A stretch of 63,773 bases of DNA, filler included, from Octopus bimaculoides (taxonomy: Eukaryota), in NCBI RefSeq assembly GCF_001194135.2. It is 7 parts of 6 records of this genome, joined end to end, with 100 filler letters (N's around TTAATTAATTAA, not from the genome) between each part and the next. Parts side by side here need not be neighbours in the genome. Positions count along the whole stretch, not along the records: positions 11,250 to 21,568 come from NC_068999.1; positions 21,669 to 33,453 come from NC_068992.1; 5 more parts are not named here. One strand, given 5' to 3'. Both the position numbers and the translations under genes were made by a program. This document shows, piece after piece, positions 12,222 to 26,212 of the stretch. How positions within the stretch are numbered: position 1 is the first letter of the stretch; each line of letters opens with the position of its first letter. The notes beneath the pieces are model-generated. The model did no database searches. It saw only the letters and a program-made list of their open reading frames with translations, and was not told where the DNA came from.

Positions 12222-13165
12222 TGGTTGATTAATTCAATGCTTTCGATAAAAAGTATATTCATTGAGCTAATGGAGGTCTTCTACGCCGCTATTTGACCTG
12301 TTAGAAATAGCAACCAAGTCGCGCTCAAATCCCACTCTGCCGTCTAAAACAAGCTGGACTCGTAACCGAAGTGAGGAATCTTTATGTGGTCGTTCGTCTA
12401 ACACAAAATTGCCTTCAAATCTTATTTTAATAAATTTGAAAAAAAAAATTACATTGAGTTATGTAGTCGTAGCTACACCATGTATGACTAAAAAATGGGA
12501 TGGTATCGGCTGATTCATCTAGAACTGAACAACAACAACAACAACAACAACAACGAATGAAGTTCATATCGGATATTGAGTCTTAGATACACTAATTTGA
12601 ATACAAATGGTATATTCGTGGCTGGATTATCTTTGATTGTAGATCGGCTGCATCTGAACGCTCCTAAAGCTACTCAACAAGGAGAATATTTATATTTTAA
12701 AACCATTCATTTAACGGTAGAATATTCTGGAAATCATACGATGAGAAGGTGAGTGAAGACATTTGTGTATTTTTAATGATGCTTTTTTAAATTGAAGAAG
12801 TTTTTTGTCCGAATCGTTATATCACTGGATAACAGTGACTTACGGTCTTCGTTGCGACTCATTGAACCTTGATTTCAAATACTTTTGTGGTCAATAACGC
12901 CCTTTTTTAAAATTAAGCACGCGTGCGCACACACACACATTTGTATAGATATGTGTATGTATTTAGATAAGTAGTTTGGACAAATTGCAGCTGTTTCCTC
13001 TTGAAATACATCTGCTTATTCCGTCATTACAATCCACTATGTGGCCACAGCTGCTGATGTATACTAATCAAAATACATGTTAAAATTAAGAATTATGGGA
13101 ATATTTTTCGCGGAGTTATTGTAAAACAAAAGAGGAAATTGGGAATTACTTTCGAGTATTATTTA

Positions 13166-13368
13166 TTCTTTTCTACTCTAGACACAAGTCCCGATATTTG
13201 GGGGGCAGGAGGCCAATCGATTAGATCGATCCCAGTACGCAACTGGTACTTAATTTATCGACCCCGAAAGAATGAAAGGCAAAGTCGACCTCGGCGGAAT
13301 TTGAACTCAGAACGTAACGGCAGACGAAATACTGCTAAGTTTTTCGCCCTTCTGCCAGCTCGCCGCCT
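13166..13368 (-). mobile_element. SINE family C
   Basis: Reverse complement of the family C consensus. Further copies near 905-1040(-), 17310-17500(+), 19965-20020(-), 20510-20900(+, two), 29740-29860(-), 44285-44465(-), 51150-51300(-), 52910-53060(-), 58010-58420(-). Confidence 0.85.
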
Positions 13369-14639
13369 TGGGGCATTATTTATTAACCATTGCACGTGTG
13401 TATGTATGTATGTATGTTTGTGTATGTATACGTGTGTGTGTGCATGCATGTGTTAGTGTGCGCGCATGCGTGTTTGCGGTTACGCAAGGAACACCGACAG
13501 AATAAGTATCAGGCTTTAAAATCAAAGAAAAAATAACGGGGTCGATTTGTTCTACTAAAACTCTTTAATGTGGTGCTCCAGTATGGCCGCAGTCCAATGA
13601 CTGGAACGCGTAAAAGATACCAACCGCTTGCACCCTTCTCTACAGAAATGTATGGCCTTGCGCCAACGTTAGAAATAGTTTTCCTGGCAATGTTTGCCAT
13701 CCGTCGTCCATGTACCAAATAAGGAACTCATGAGATCATCAGACAAAATGCCTGGCAATATTTGCTCCAGCAAAGGCTGCGAGCTGGCAGACTCTCTCGT
13801 CACGTGTCAGCGACGAGAAAGTCAAGGAGGAAGAGTGAAAGAGAGAGGAAACGGTGAAAGGGAGAGAAGAATAGGGAAATGGTAGGAGAGAAAGACAAAG
13901 AGGATGAAGAACAAGGAGATCGTTCTTTCTGTCCACTTCCCTCCTAAAGAAAAGACGTGCTTTTTTCTGTCTCTTCTTTCATGCTTCGTCTACCTAGCGT
14001 TCATAAAAAATTTTTCTATCGTCTTGGCCCAACAGCCCTCACTGTCCTGTTCTTATTAACACTTTNNNNNNNNNNCTTGGCCCAACAGCCCTCACTGTCC
14101 TGTTCTTATTAACACTTTCACCCTCCGCAAAAAATCCCAAATTTTATTTAATTTGCTTTGCGGGAAGGACTGTTTTAATGATAGATTGATAGACCGACAG
14201 ACAGACAGACACTATGTACCTACTCACAGATAAGATCGGTTCCTACATGTACGTGTACAAGTGCCCTCGTATGCATGTTTAAATGTGCATTAGTATATGT
14301 GTGCGCGTGTGTTTGTACGTGTGTGTGTGAGAGAGATTTTGTAAACGTACATTGTGTGAGAGTTCATGTGTGCGCGCGAACGCGTGTGTGTGTTTGCGAG
14401 TGAGTTTGTACGTGTACATTGTGTGCGTGCGCTTGCAACTGTGTGTGTGTGTGTGTGTGTGTGCATGTATCTATATGTGTGTGAGCGTGAATGTGTCTAA
14501 GTGTTTTTTTGTTTTTTTATTATTCTCGTACAACAGTCACTGATTTTACGGATGAGATTTCGGTTTTGATCTGCAATCTCGCCGTTATTGCTGAGGTTGC
14601 TTCTTAAGTTGTTGTTGTTGTTGATGGTGATGATGCTGA

Positions 14640-14670
<31 letters not shown>

Positions 14671-16822
14671 CTTGTTGTTCTTGTTCTTGCTGATGGTGAT
14701 GATGCTGATTTTGTTGTTGTTGTTAGTGTATTGTAATNNNNNNNNNNNNNNNNNNNNNNNNNNNNNNNNNNNNNNNNNNNNNNNNNNNNNNNNNNNNNNN
14801 NNNNNNNNNNNNNNNNNNNNNNNNNNNNNNNNNNNNNNNNNNNNNNNNNNNNNNNNNNNNNNNNNNNNNNNNNNNNNNNNNNNNNNNNNNNNNNNNNNNN
14901 NNNNNNNNNNNNNNNNNNNNNNNNNNNNNNNNNNNNNNNNNNNNNNNNNNNNNNNNNNNNNNNNNNNNNNNNNNNNNNNNNNNNNNNNNNNNNNNNNNNN
15001 NNNNNNNNNNNNNNNNNNNNNNNNNNNNNNNNNNNNNNNNNNNNNNNNNNNNNNNNNNNNNNNNNNNNNNNNNNNNNNNNNNNNNNNNNNNNNNNNNNNN
15101 NNNNNNNNNNNNNNNNNNNNNNNNNNNNNNNNNNNNNNACATACATTCATATGTAAGTTTATGTATATGCATACATGTATGCATGCATGCACGTATGTAT
15201 GTATATATAATATATATATATATATGCATATGTTTGTTTGTGTCTGTGTATACGTATGCATATATATTGTGTATGTGTGTATATATGAATTAAGAGAAAA
15301 TAAATACTATATAAGACTTGACGTCATACATACATACATACGTACATACATATATACAATCTTACATAGATTCATATATACATGTTTATGTATACGTATG
15401 AATTTGTGTATGTATGCATGCATGCATGTATGTATGTATATATATATATANNNNNNNNNNGTTGTTGTTGTTGTTGTTCTTGTTGTTCTTGTTCTTGCTG
15501 ATGGTGATGATGCTGATTTTGTTGTTGTTGTTAGTGTATTGTAATTGTCGTTCACATCGTTGTGTCCATTGAGCATTGTTTGTAATTCTTGTTGCTCTTT
15601 CTCTATGTACCTATGTGTGTGTCTGCATGCGCGCGTACGTGTGTATCTGCATGTGTGTGCATGTGTATCTGAGAGAAAGAGAGACAGAGAGAGCGTACCC
15701 TTTATATACAGTAGCCCAATTTCTTAATAAATCTCCTCTCAGTGTTGCTTCTACTGCTACTGCTATTACACCTATTATTGTTTTTGTTGTTGTTATTGTC
15801 GTCGTCGTAATTTCATAAATGTTTGACGAAGCAATTAGCCGTGTTGTGTTACTTTAACAGGCTTAGCTGTTGTTTTCTCTAATACGGCTAAAGTAAGGTT
15901 AATAAATAATGCACACGTGTACGTGTGTGCATACATGTTTGTCTGCGTATGCAACCATGTATGTAAATATACACGTGTATGTGTGTACGTGTGTGCGTGT
16001 GCTTTTTGTATGTCTCCGTACATAAGTATGTATTCAATTGTATGACGTCAAAAGTCTTATATAATATTTCATTACCCATTAATTTATACACACACACATA
16101 TATATACACTATATGTATATACATGCATATATATATATATGAATATATGTATGATTCTATACATACATACATGTATATATATGTACAATCTTACATACAT
16201 TCATATGTAAGTTTATGTATATGCATACATGTATGCATGCATGCACGTATGTATGTATATATAATATATATATATATATGCATATGTTTGTTTGTGTCTG
16301 TGTATACGTATGCATATATATTGTGTATGTGTGTATATATGAATTAAGAGAAAATAAATACTATATAAGACTTGACGTCATACATACATACATACGTACA
16401 TACATATATACAATCTTACATAGNNNNNNNNNNNNNNNNNNNNNNNNNNNNNNNNNNNNNNNNNNNNNNNNNNNNNNNNNNNNNNNNNNNNNNNNNNNNN
16501 NNNNNNNNNNNNNNNNNNNNNNNNNNNNNNNNNNNNNNNNNNNNNNNNNNNNNNNNNNNNNNNNNNNNNNNNNNNNNNNNNNNNNNNNNNNNNNNNNNNN
16601 NNNNNNNNNNNNNNNNNNNNNNNNNNNNNNNNNNNNNNNNNNNNNNNNNNNNNNNNNNNNNNNNNNNNNNNNNNNNNNNNNNNNNNNNNNNNNNNNNNNN
16701 NNNNNNNNNNNNNNNNNNNNNNNNNNNNNNNNNNNNNNNNNNNNNNNNNNNNNNNNNNNNNNNNNNNNNNNNNNNNNNNNNNNNNNNNNNNNNNNNNNNN
16801 NNNNNNNNNNNNNNNNNNNNNN

Positions 16823-16880
<58 letters not shown>

Positions 16881-17187
16881 GTTGTTTGCATATACATATA
16901 TACGCGTATATACATATGCACACGAATACTTGAATGTATTTATATATATATATATACACAAATATATATGAGTTTAATATACATGTATGTATATATGAGC
17001 TTTAATATATATATATGTAAATATTTGTATATACATATATATGTATACATATACACATAGATATATATTAACAAACACACACATCCATATATACACACAC
17101 ACACACACACGCATTCACCGAAAAGAAACAGTACTAATGAGTCAATTACTCTTGAATCAAACTTCAGGCGTTAAGTTGCCGACAATA

Positions 17188-17245
<58 letters not shown>

Positions 17246-17494
17246 AAATATATCATTATCATTATTCTTATAATTACGAATTGTTATTTTCATTATTATC
17301 ATTATTATATACCGGACAAAATGCTTAACGGCATTTCATCCGCCTTTATCTACTGGCTTCAATTTCCGCCAATGCTGATTTCGCCTTTCGTTCTTTCGGG
17401 ATCGATAAAATAAGTACCAGTTGAACACTGGGGTCCAATGTAATCTACTTACCTTTCCCCCCTGAAATTGCTGGCCTTGTGCCAAAATTTGAAA

Positions 17495-17551
<57 letters not shown>

Positions 17552-17691
17552 TGGTTTGACTCAAGTTCGATCTTACGCCTGGTAGGACTTATCCACAAGT
17601 TTTCAGCAAAGTGCTTAGGACCCTCCTGATAATCCTTGCTGGTCCTAAGAGACAAACTTTCTGTATGAGCCCTATAGAGTTCCTACAGAAG

Positions 17692-17745
<54 letters not shown>

Positions 17746-17990
17746 ATGGATGAATGTATATGAATAAGCTACGGCTTTCTAATCTTCCCAGGGTTATCTC
17801 TCTTTTGTATCTCCCACTGAGGAAGGTTAAGAAGGTAGAAACGCATCTAGCCGTCCGCCAGGGAGCGTCACAGAGCAGATATCAGTTTCTTCTCTGCAGT
17901 AAACTGCAGTGAATTTCTTCTTTTCAAAGTCGAAATATATCATTTAACTAACCTAAAATTTGTTTGTTCCTCCTCTCTAGTTACCGCTGC

Positions 17991-18079
<89 letters not shown>

Positions 18080-19031
18080 GTGCGTGTATGGATGGATGGA
18101 TGGATGGATGGATGGATAGATGGATGGATATGAATAAGCACACACATATATATGTGTGTGTATGCTTGACAGACTGCATTTTTTTATGTCCCAACCAATT
18201 AGTGATTCGGACAGATTGTCACAGCTGGAACGTCTTCTATACAAATTCTGCTGGATCGGGCTGACAGCTAATAACTTTTTTGTATTGTTAATAAACATTT
18301 GTTTATTGCCAATAAAAGTAACGGCTAATAAACTTTTTTATTGTCACAAGCGAAATGTAAGGGGACTAAAAACAGTAGTCTTGATGGATTTGAAAATAAG
18401 TTGAAACATTGGTTGTGCGATCTATGCATAAACCGTTTTTCAACTATGCCTTTATAACATGTTTTCCCTTCACTCTTCGATATAATTGTGCATTCGGACT
18501 GGTGTCTGTAGAAGTCTTGCTTTCCTAAGGCACTCGCAAGATGCCCTTCATTCTTCTAAACGTTTGCAAAAACGACCTTGGTTTACCGTTTTAGGCCGAC
18601 CTTCGACTCGCGAAGTAAACACAAAGACACACACAGGTATGTACCTAAAACACTCACAAAGCTTTGGTCTGCCCGAAGCTATAGGAGAAGGCACTTGCCC
18701 AAGGTGCTACGCAGCAGGATTGAACCCGGAACCATGTGGTTGGGAAGCAAGCTTCTTTCCACACAGCCACGCCTGCGCCTATCATGCATGTATGTATGTA
18801 TGTATGTATAATTGAATTATATGAGGCATCTAGAAACGTCTTATAATGCTATATAATGAAGAAGGCTTTAACAGAACAGAAACCAAAGCTTTAATACGAA
18901 TTCTTAAATCTGTAGAACACCCTTTTCAAAATATTTTCTTTTGAATCAACCTTTTGTATCTCTGGCCCCGGAGGGCAACTGAATAAAACTATATTATATT
19001 TCTTACATAATTAACATTAAGACTTTATTTT

Positions 19032-19107
<76 letters not shown>

Positions 19108-20046
19108 GTATCTGTGTGCACGCTGATGTATGTGTACATGTGTATAAGTATCTATGTGTCTGCACATGCGTTTGTGTACGTATGTCTGTATATGTACATG
19201 TGTGGTTTTGTTAATCGACGAATATTTATTTACTTCGCGGTTCTATATATTTTATTATTTTATTAACATTTTTCTGTAATTTAATATATTTAATTATTTA
19301 TAAAAATGTTTATTCCTCTTCTAAGAGTAATTAAATAATTCCCTTTTATCTGCTAAAAAACACATTTTTAAAATATTTTATGATGCTAGGATTTTAATTT
19401 CATTTAATTAAATAGATTACAAGCAGACAGGTTGTGCTTAATTTATAGATTTGTTTTTTTTTAATTATCAATTAATTTTTATTTATTTATATATTTTTGC
19501 ATTTTGTTTTAGAAGTTAATTATTTTTTATTTTTCTTAATCTTTATAATCAAATTCCAAATTTGCTAAATAATGTTGCGAATTTATTCCAAGTGAACAGC
19601 AAGTGTTAACAGCTAAAAATTAAATAAATAAATATTTATTGCAATATTTATTGCATGTTAAATCGAAGCAGAAGTGTGTGTACGTCGTTGAGATACTAAG
19701 TTCTTAGTTTACATATCGTGGTTCAAATCAGCTGTACAAGATCTGGCTAAATATTGAGTCGGGAGTGGAGACATTAGACGCTACAAGTGTATCGCACTGA
19801 TATCATCTAATTATTTTCTTTTTCTTTTCTAAACTAGGCACAAGGCCATGATTTAGGGACTACTGGTTTAGAGTTAGTTTACCAAGGTCACCACCCCGGG
19901 TCGGGAAACTCGGCAATCTGGAAAAGCTTTGGCCCACAAAATTCCAGAAAATCGATGCTGTCTGTATTCTTTTCTACTCTAGGCACAAGACCCGAAATTT
20001 TTGGGGGAGGGGCCAGTCGATTAACGAAGGGTTAATAAAAAGATGA

Positions 20047-20425
20047 GTGGAGGCGCAATGGCCCAGTGGTTAGGCAGCGGACTCGCGGTCATAGGATCGC
20101 GGTTTCGATTCCCAGACCGGGCGTTGTGAGTGTTTATTGAGCGAAAACACCTAAAGCTCCACGAGGCTCCGGCAGGGGATGGTGGCGAACCCTGCTGTAC
20201 TTTTCCACCACAACTTTCTCTCACTCTTACTTCCTGTTTCTGTTGTGCCTGTAATTCAAAGGGTCAGCCTTGTCACACTGTGTCACGCTGAATATCTCCG
20301 AGAACTACGTTAAGGGTACACGTGTCTGTGGAGTGCTCAGCCACTTGCACGTTAATTTCACGAGCAGGCTGTTCCGTTGATCGGATCAACTGGAACCCTT
20401 GTCGTCGTAACCGACGGAGTGCCAG
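20047..20425 (+). mobile_element. tRNA-derived SINE family A, full length
   Basis: Head with A box TGGCCCAGTGG and B box GGTTTCGATTCC, ~375-bp body ending GACGGAGTGCC; close copies at 38933, 42392 and 61516. Confidence 0.9.
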
Positions 20426-23149
20426 CGAACGAATAAAAAGATGTTTTTGACTTTTCTCTTTCCTTCTGTTCACCATGTAACTACCTCTAGTAAATATTCA
20501 AATTTTCCTGAAGGCGGCGAGTTAAAAGAACCGTTAGCACGCTGGGCAAAATGCTTCGCATCATTTCGTTCCTCTTTATACTCTGAGTTCAAATTCCACC
20601 GAGATTAACTTTGCCTTTCATCTATCCCACACCCCCAACTTGCTGGCATTGTACCAAATTTTGAAATCAATATTTAAATAAATTTTCCTGAGGCGGCGAG
20701 CTGGCGGAGTCGTTAGCATGCTGAGCAAAAATGCTTAACAGCATTCCGTACGTTCTGAATTCAAATTCCGCTGAAGTCAACTTTGCCTGTCATCCTTCCA
20801 GGGTCGACAAAATAAGAACCAGTTGTGCACTAAGTCGATAGTATCGACTACTAGTTGCCTTCTCTGTAATTGTAGGCCGCGTACCAAAATTTGAAACCAT
20901 ATTTAAATTGTTTCTGTATTAAATGTTAACACTTACTTAACTATTTATCATCCGCCTCTATATTCCATTATATATTTACGAATATTTAGCTTTAGATATT
21001 TTAAATGATTCTATCTGTCACCTCCATATATCTTGTCAGCTTTTTTTAATTATTCAACATTCATTATGTTAGCACAAACTTAATTATCTATCTAGCTGTA
21101 TTCCTATATGCCTCATTATCTACTTAGGTGTCCTTAACATCTTAATGTTGCCTGCATTAAAAAGTATTTATACTAATTATCTATAAGTCTACATTATTTC
21201 TCACTATATATTTATTTCTGAGTGATTGAATTCAAAACCTTCACAGATTTTGAATTCCAAATGTAAAATTGCAACAATAAATACGCCAAAACGTTTAATG
21301 TGTCTGCTATTTCTAGCAACTCGCCCAAAACTCTTTGGGGTATTTATGAATATTTTACGGCATCGTTGCTTCGGGAACAATAACTTGACTGAGTTGGTAC
21401 AGTAACAGATTGTTTATAAGCTTTTAGTTCTGATACCCTGCGTTCTCGGCTGAAATCCCGCCGTACGTAATTCTTAGTTTTCATCCCAATGCGGCCTAGT
21501 AGAATGAATCTTACTTAGATACCAACGCCTCCTGACCGTTGGGGGGTGTTTTCTAAAGCCTAGAGTAGNNNNNNNNNNNNNNNNNNNNNNNNNNNNNNNN
21601 NNNNNNNNNNNNTTAATTAATTAANNNNNNNNNNNNNNNNNNNNNNNNNNNNNNNNNNNNNNNNNNNNTATATATATATATATATATATATCTATATATA
21701 TACATACATATATATATATGTGTATATATATATACATATATATATATATATACATATATACACATGCATGCGTACATACGTACACACACACACATATGTA
21801 CATACACACATGGATATAAACATATGTGTTATCATTTATAGAAAAGTGTATGTCTGTGTAACTATTTGTGAGTTTGCAACTGATTCTACAAAGTAGTTAT
21901 GCATTCACACTGGCACACTACAGAAACGCCCACTTATACCTTTGTATAAAACCATGCACACGTACGCAAGCACACAAATGCATAGAAATGCTTTGAATTC
22001 ACACATGTGCTACATATACATGGAGAAAAACATTAAACTACTCAGAAGTTGACATAAGCACGTCTAGATACACCTACATCTACATATATATAGCAACCAT
22101 ACCTATATAGACTCTTATACGCACAAATAAATGAAATATATAAATGAACTCATGTGTGGGCACTAGCGTGTGCGCGCGTTGTGTATTTGTAATCGTTACA
22201 ATAACACACAGAGGAGATAGTGAAAACAAAACGTAATTATGTTTCGACGCTCGAGGTGAATATGAAAATAGAACTGTGTTTATATATTCCTACTTCTTTA
22301 TATACTATCATACAGTTGTTTGAACTGTGTGGGTGCAGTGTGTGCGTGTGATTCGCGTTTTTGTGTGCAAGTATAAGGCTTACATACCCACGTCTATCTG
22401 TCGATCTGGATAAGCAAAACACATAGCATTTCTCACATATTATAGTTTTCTTTGCCATGAGATTTGCCATATCATTCGTAATAACGTTTGATCTAAGATG
22501 AAGTAAAGTTACTTGTCACTTACATCCAGGCATACATTAGCTGTGTCACGCTCATGAGTATAACCAACCCAGTATGAATCCCAATACACTGTCAAACGTA
22601 CCACTAAATATTCACGCAAAGAAATAACTCTCCAGTTTTTGCCACGATATTCTCCGTTAAGTGGAGATTGAAATGAACAGAAGAGATTGATTGAAAATAT
22701 AATATAGGGTGTTGAGGTATCTCATGATTTATGTACTTTTGGGAGTGAACAATTGCCTCCATTTTCGAGATTAGAACAATGGCTATTTTTAAAACTTAGG
22801 AGGTATATATCTGTAAAATATTGTGTGGCTGCTCAAGGTTATGGAAGTGGATTTGATAGGGAGAAACTGAAAGAAACCTGTCGTGTACATACACACACAC
22901 ACACACACACACATACACACACACATGAAACATGTGTAAATAATTTATAATTAAATATAATTGCAGAACTGTTAAATTAAAAAAGGAATAAAGGATGTGT
23001 GTGTACAGAGGTCTTTTACCACTGTTTCTGGAATATTTATGCACATGTTACATATCGTATTGGAATAAAGATCTCTATAGAAAAGCCAACAATTCCCTCT
23101 TCAATGAGAAAGAACTAAAGAATAAACTTCATGAAGATATTAGTTGTTA

Positions 23150-23295
23150 CGGTTAGTAAATGAAGAAGCAAATTGTACGGATCTGCTCTGCTTTGTGTCT
23201 CTTCCCGCGATGTAGGTTCATCCAGGAGTTCAGATACAAAATTTGTCCAGATGCTTTTTGAACTTTTACATCTCGCACATCTCTGATGTCGACAA
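23150..23295 (-). mobile_element. LINE ORF2 C-terminal remnant (CR1-like)
   Basis: Minus strand FKKHLDKF / VSELLDEPTSREETQSRADPYNLL with a frameshift, resembling the FK..LDKFL...PDEP end of CR1-like ORF2. Confidence 0.6.
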
Positions 23296-24188
23296 AATGA
23301 TATCGAGAAAAAATTATGATTATCCTCCTTTAAAACTTTATTCAAAGTATATTTAAGGGGACGATATTTATCTAACCAATGACTATAAATTCTATTTTAA
23401 TGTCTAATTTTTGCATCCCAAGTACGTACTACAGAGTATTTTAACAGCAACACACATTTACAAGACAGCTTTGCATCCCGCCAACGAATGATTCACGCAG
23501 TGCGAGACTTTTATGTACATATGATTGCGAGAAACACATTATATCTAGATTTATAATATATAACTCCAATTCGTAGCTTGATTCGATTTTAATGTCCCCT
23601 CGCATTATGTGTATTTATATATCGGTTTATGTGTTATCGCTCTTAAATTGATTCTTTTCACTGTGATACAGTCTTTTACCAAATTGCTTTACACAAAGAA
23701 CATTATTTTTAACTTAGCCGTAAAATATTCATCCAACCAGAGATAACCACCCGTAAGTGTGTATGTGCTTGTGTGTGAGTGTATGTGCTTGTGTGTGTGT
23801 GTATGTGTGCGTGCTCGCGTGTATGTGCGTATATATATGTGAGTGGGGTGCGTGTATATAAGTACACGTGGATATATATATTGTTGTACGTAATACATTT
23901 CACATACGCGTATAAGGGCTGTGGAGGGGGCATCAGTGTGTGTGCGTGTATGTGTGTATGGGCGTTTATTATATCAAATTGTAATGCTCTATTTGGAATT
24001 TCGCCCAAGAGTGAGTGGTTCAAAATTCTGAACAGCCCAGCCTGGAGCGAACTTCAGAGTCCACTGTCGGCTTTTTAATATAAAAAATATAGGACAAAAA
24101 ATAAATATTATTTTTAGAAGAAAGGAACATAACACACAAACATATATGTGTGTGCGTGCGTATATATATATATATATATATGTGTGTA

Positions 24189-24244
<56 letters not shown>

Positions 24245-24365
24245 NNNNNNNNNNNNNNNNNNNNNNNNNNNNNNNNNNNNNNNNNNNNNNNNNNNNNNNN
24301 NNNNNNNNNNNNNNNNNNNNNNNNNNNNNNNNNNNNNNNNNNNNNNNNNNNNNNNNNNNNNNNNN

Positions 24366-24397
<32 letters not shown>

Positions 24398-26095
24398 AAG
24401 CCTCTTATCTCAGATAAAATGCAAATATTCTTCTACGTTCTACTTGAGGCAAGAATATTGGAAATTCTATGAAAAGTTCTCTATAAACAAAGTCAATTAT
24501 GTTTCCGTCTGATAGATAATATCACCAAACATTGTCTGCCGACTAACTCTATGCACGTTATTGATAGAAACAAAGCCGAAATATACGTACAGCATTGTGC
24601 TCTTTAGTTTAGAGTTTAAGGATTTATTTTAAGTTGTTATTAATGTTTTGGCAAAAGAATATAATAGCAGGCTAGCGCCCAATCTATTTGCACTTAAAAG
24701 AGACAGCAATAGTCAGTAATCTAAATGTGACTATAAACTAGTAATCGCCAAAGGCATTTAAAATATTTCTCTCTTTTCTGTTATACATTTTGTTCGACGC
24801 AATGTGTTTTCTTTACGCATTAGAGTCGAGTTTCTGTCATTGATTTTTGGTGAAGTGTATTTAAAGAAATAGAATAATCAGTTATTTATTTTTCGTTGAA
24901 GTAAGCTTATTACATATTATATAACCAATGACCGCGGTAGTGTAGATATATCACTACTATTTTCGTATGTATCTGTTCTGGTGGTACAAATCATTGAGTT
25001 TTAGAAACGATGGGCTTTCGTAATATTCTATTTTGTACGTTCAGTCGTTCTTAAGTAAACACTGATATAAATATTTCTGGGCACAACGAAATAATTGCTA
25101 GTCAACTTCTGCTGTTGATAGAAAGATGTATATTTGAGAGAAAATATTTTCTTGTCAAATCAAAAGTGAAATAATATGACAACAGTTTTGTGTGGTGCGT
25201 GTGTGGGTGTTCGTTTCTGTATTCTACAATAGAGACGTAAAGGACAGTAAATTAGAACGAATATATGCTAAAGCAAAAGGTAAATTTTCAGCCAAGACGC
25301 TAATCCATTATCGTTTCATTTACTTGTTTCCCTTCGTCTATTTGTGGTCACTTCACTCTGTTGAAAGTATCAATGCTGCTGAAAACTTTTGAACTATATG
25401 ACTTTTAATTTCGCTCTCTTCTATACTATTAAGAAATCAATAAAACTGTAGGGTAATAGCTATATTCAAAGAGGACAACTACCAATCAACTTTGTCCAAC
25501 ACCTCTTTCGAAAAATATTTATTTATTGCTGCTAAGATAATGGAACACACATGATTTTCACGACATATACTTTTCTTCTGATATAAACGACGCTTCTTTT
25601 TTTTTTTAAATATACCAATGATGTTAAGGACAGTGACAAAGTGATAGTTGGGATAACTAAATAAATATTAGTGTTGGAAAGACAGCAAAGTTAAAGTGTG
25701 CTATTTTGCCATTGTAAACTTCTTTTGTAAAATGTTTGGCTTCAAATTGCTTCCCTTTTCAAACACCAGCCGATGATTAAGAAATGGATGTATTGTGATT
25801 GGCTAAATAAACTGTACCTTTCTTTCAGAGGCGTTTTGCAAGATTCTTGATGTAAATTTGTGTGTTGAAATAGATATTATTGTATTTGGGGATGGTCTTG
25901 TTGCCAGTTTAGCCAATAAAATCACACGCGCTATATACTAGGTGTTAACTTGTTTCAGGTTTATTTTATATTAATTCTAAGATTGGGATATATAAAATAA
26001 AGCTGAAGCAAATGAACACCAAGTTAATAGTGCGTGTTTTCAATTGCTAAACTAGCAAAATTACCGTCCCCAAATATGTATGTATATATATATAT

Positions 26096-26166
<71 letters not shown>

Positions 26167-26172
26167 GAGAGG

Positions 26173-26212
<40 letters not shown>

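Noticed and set aside
20047-20120. tRNA-like sequence with A and B boxes (also 38933, 61516, 10750-10827)
   Set aside because: SINE heads: each continues into a shared repeat body and lacks a clean cloverleaf and tRNA terminator, so not called as tRNA genes.
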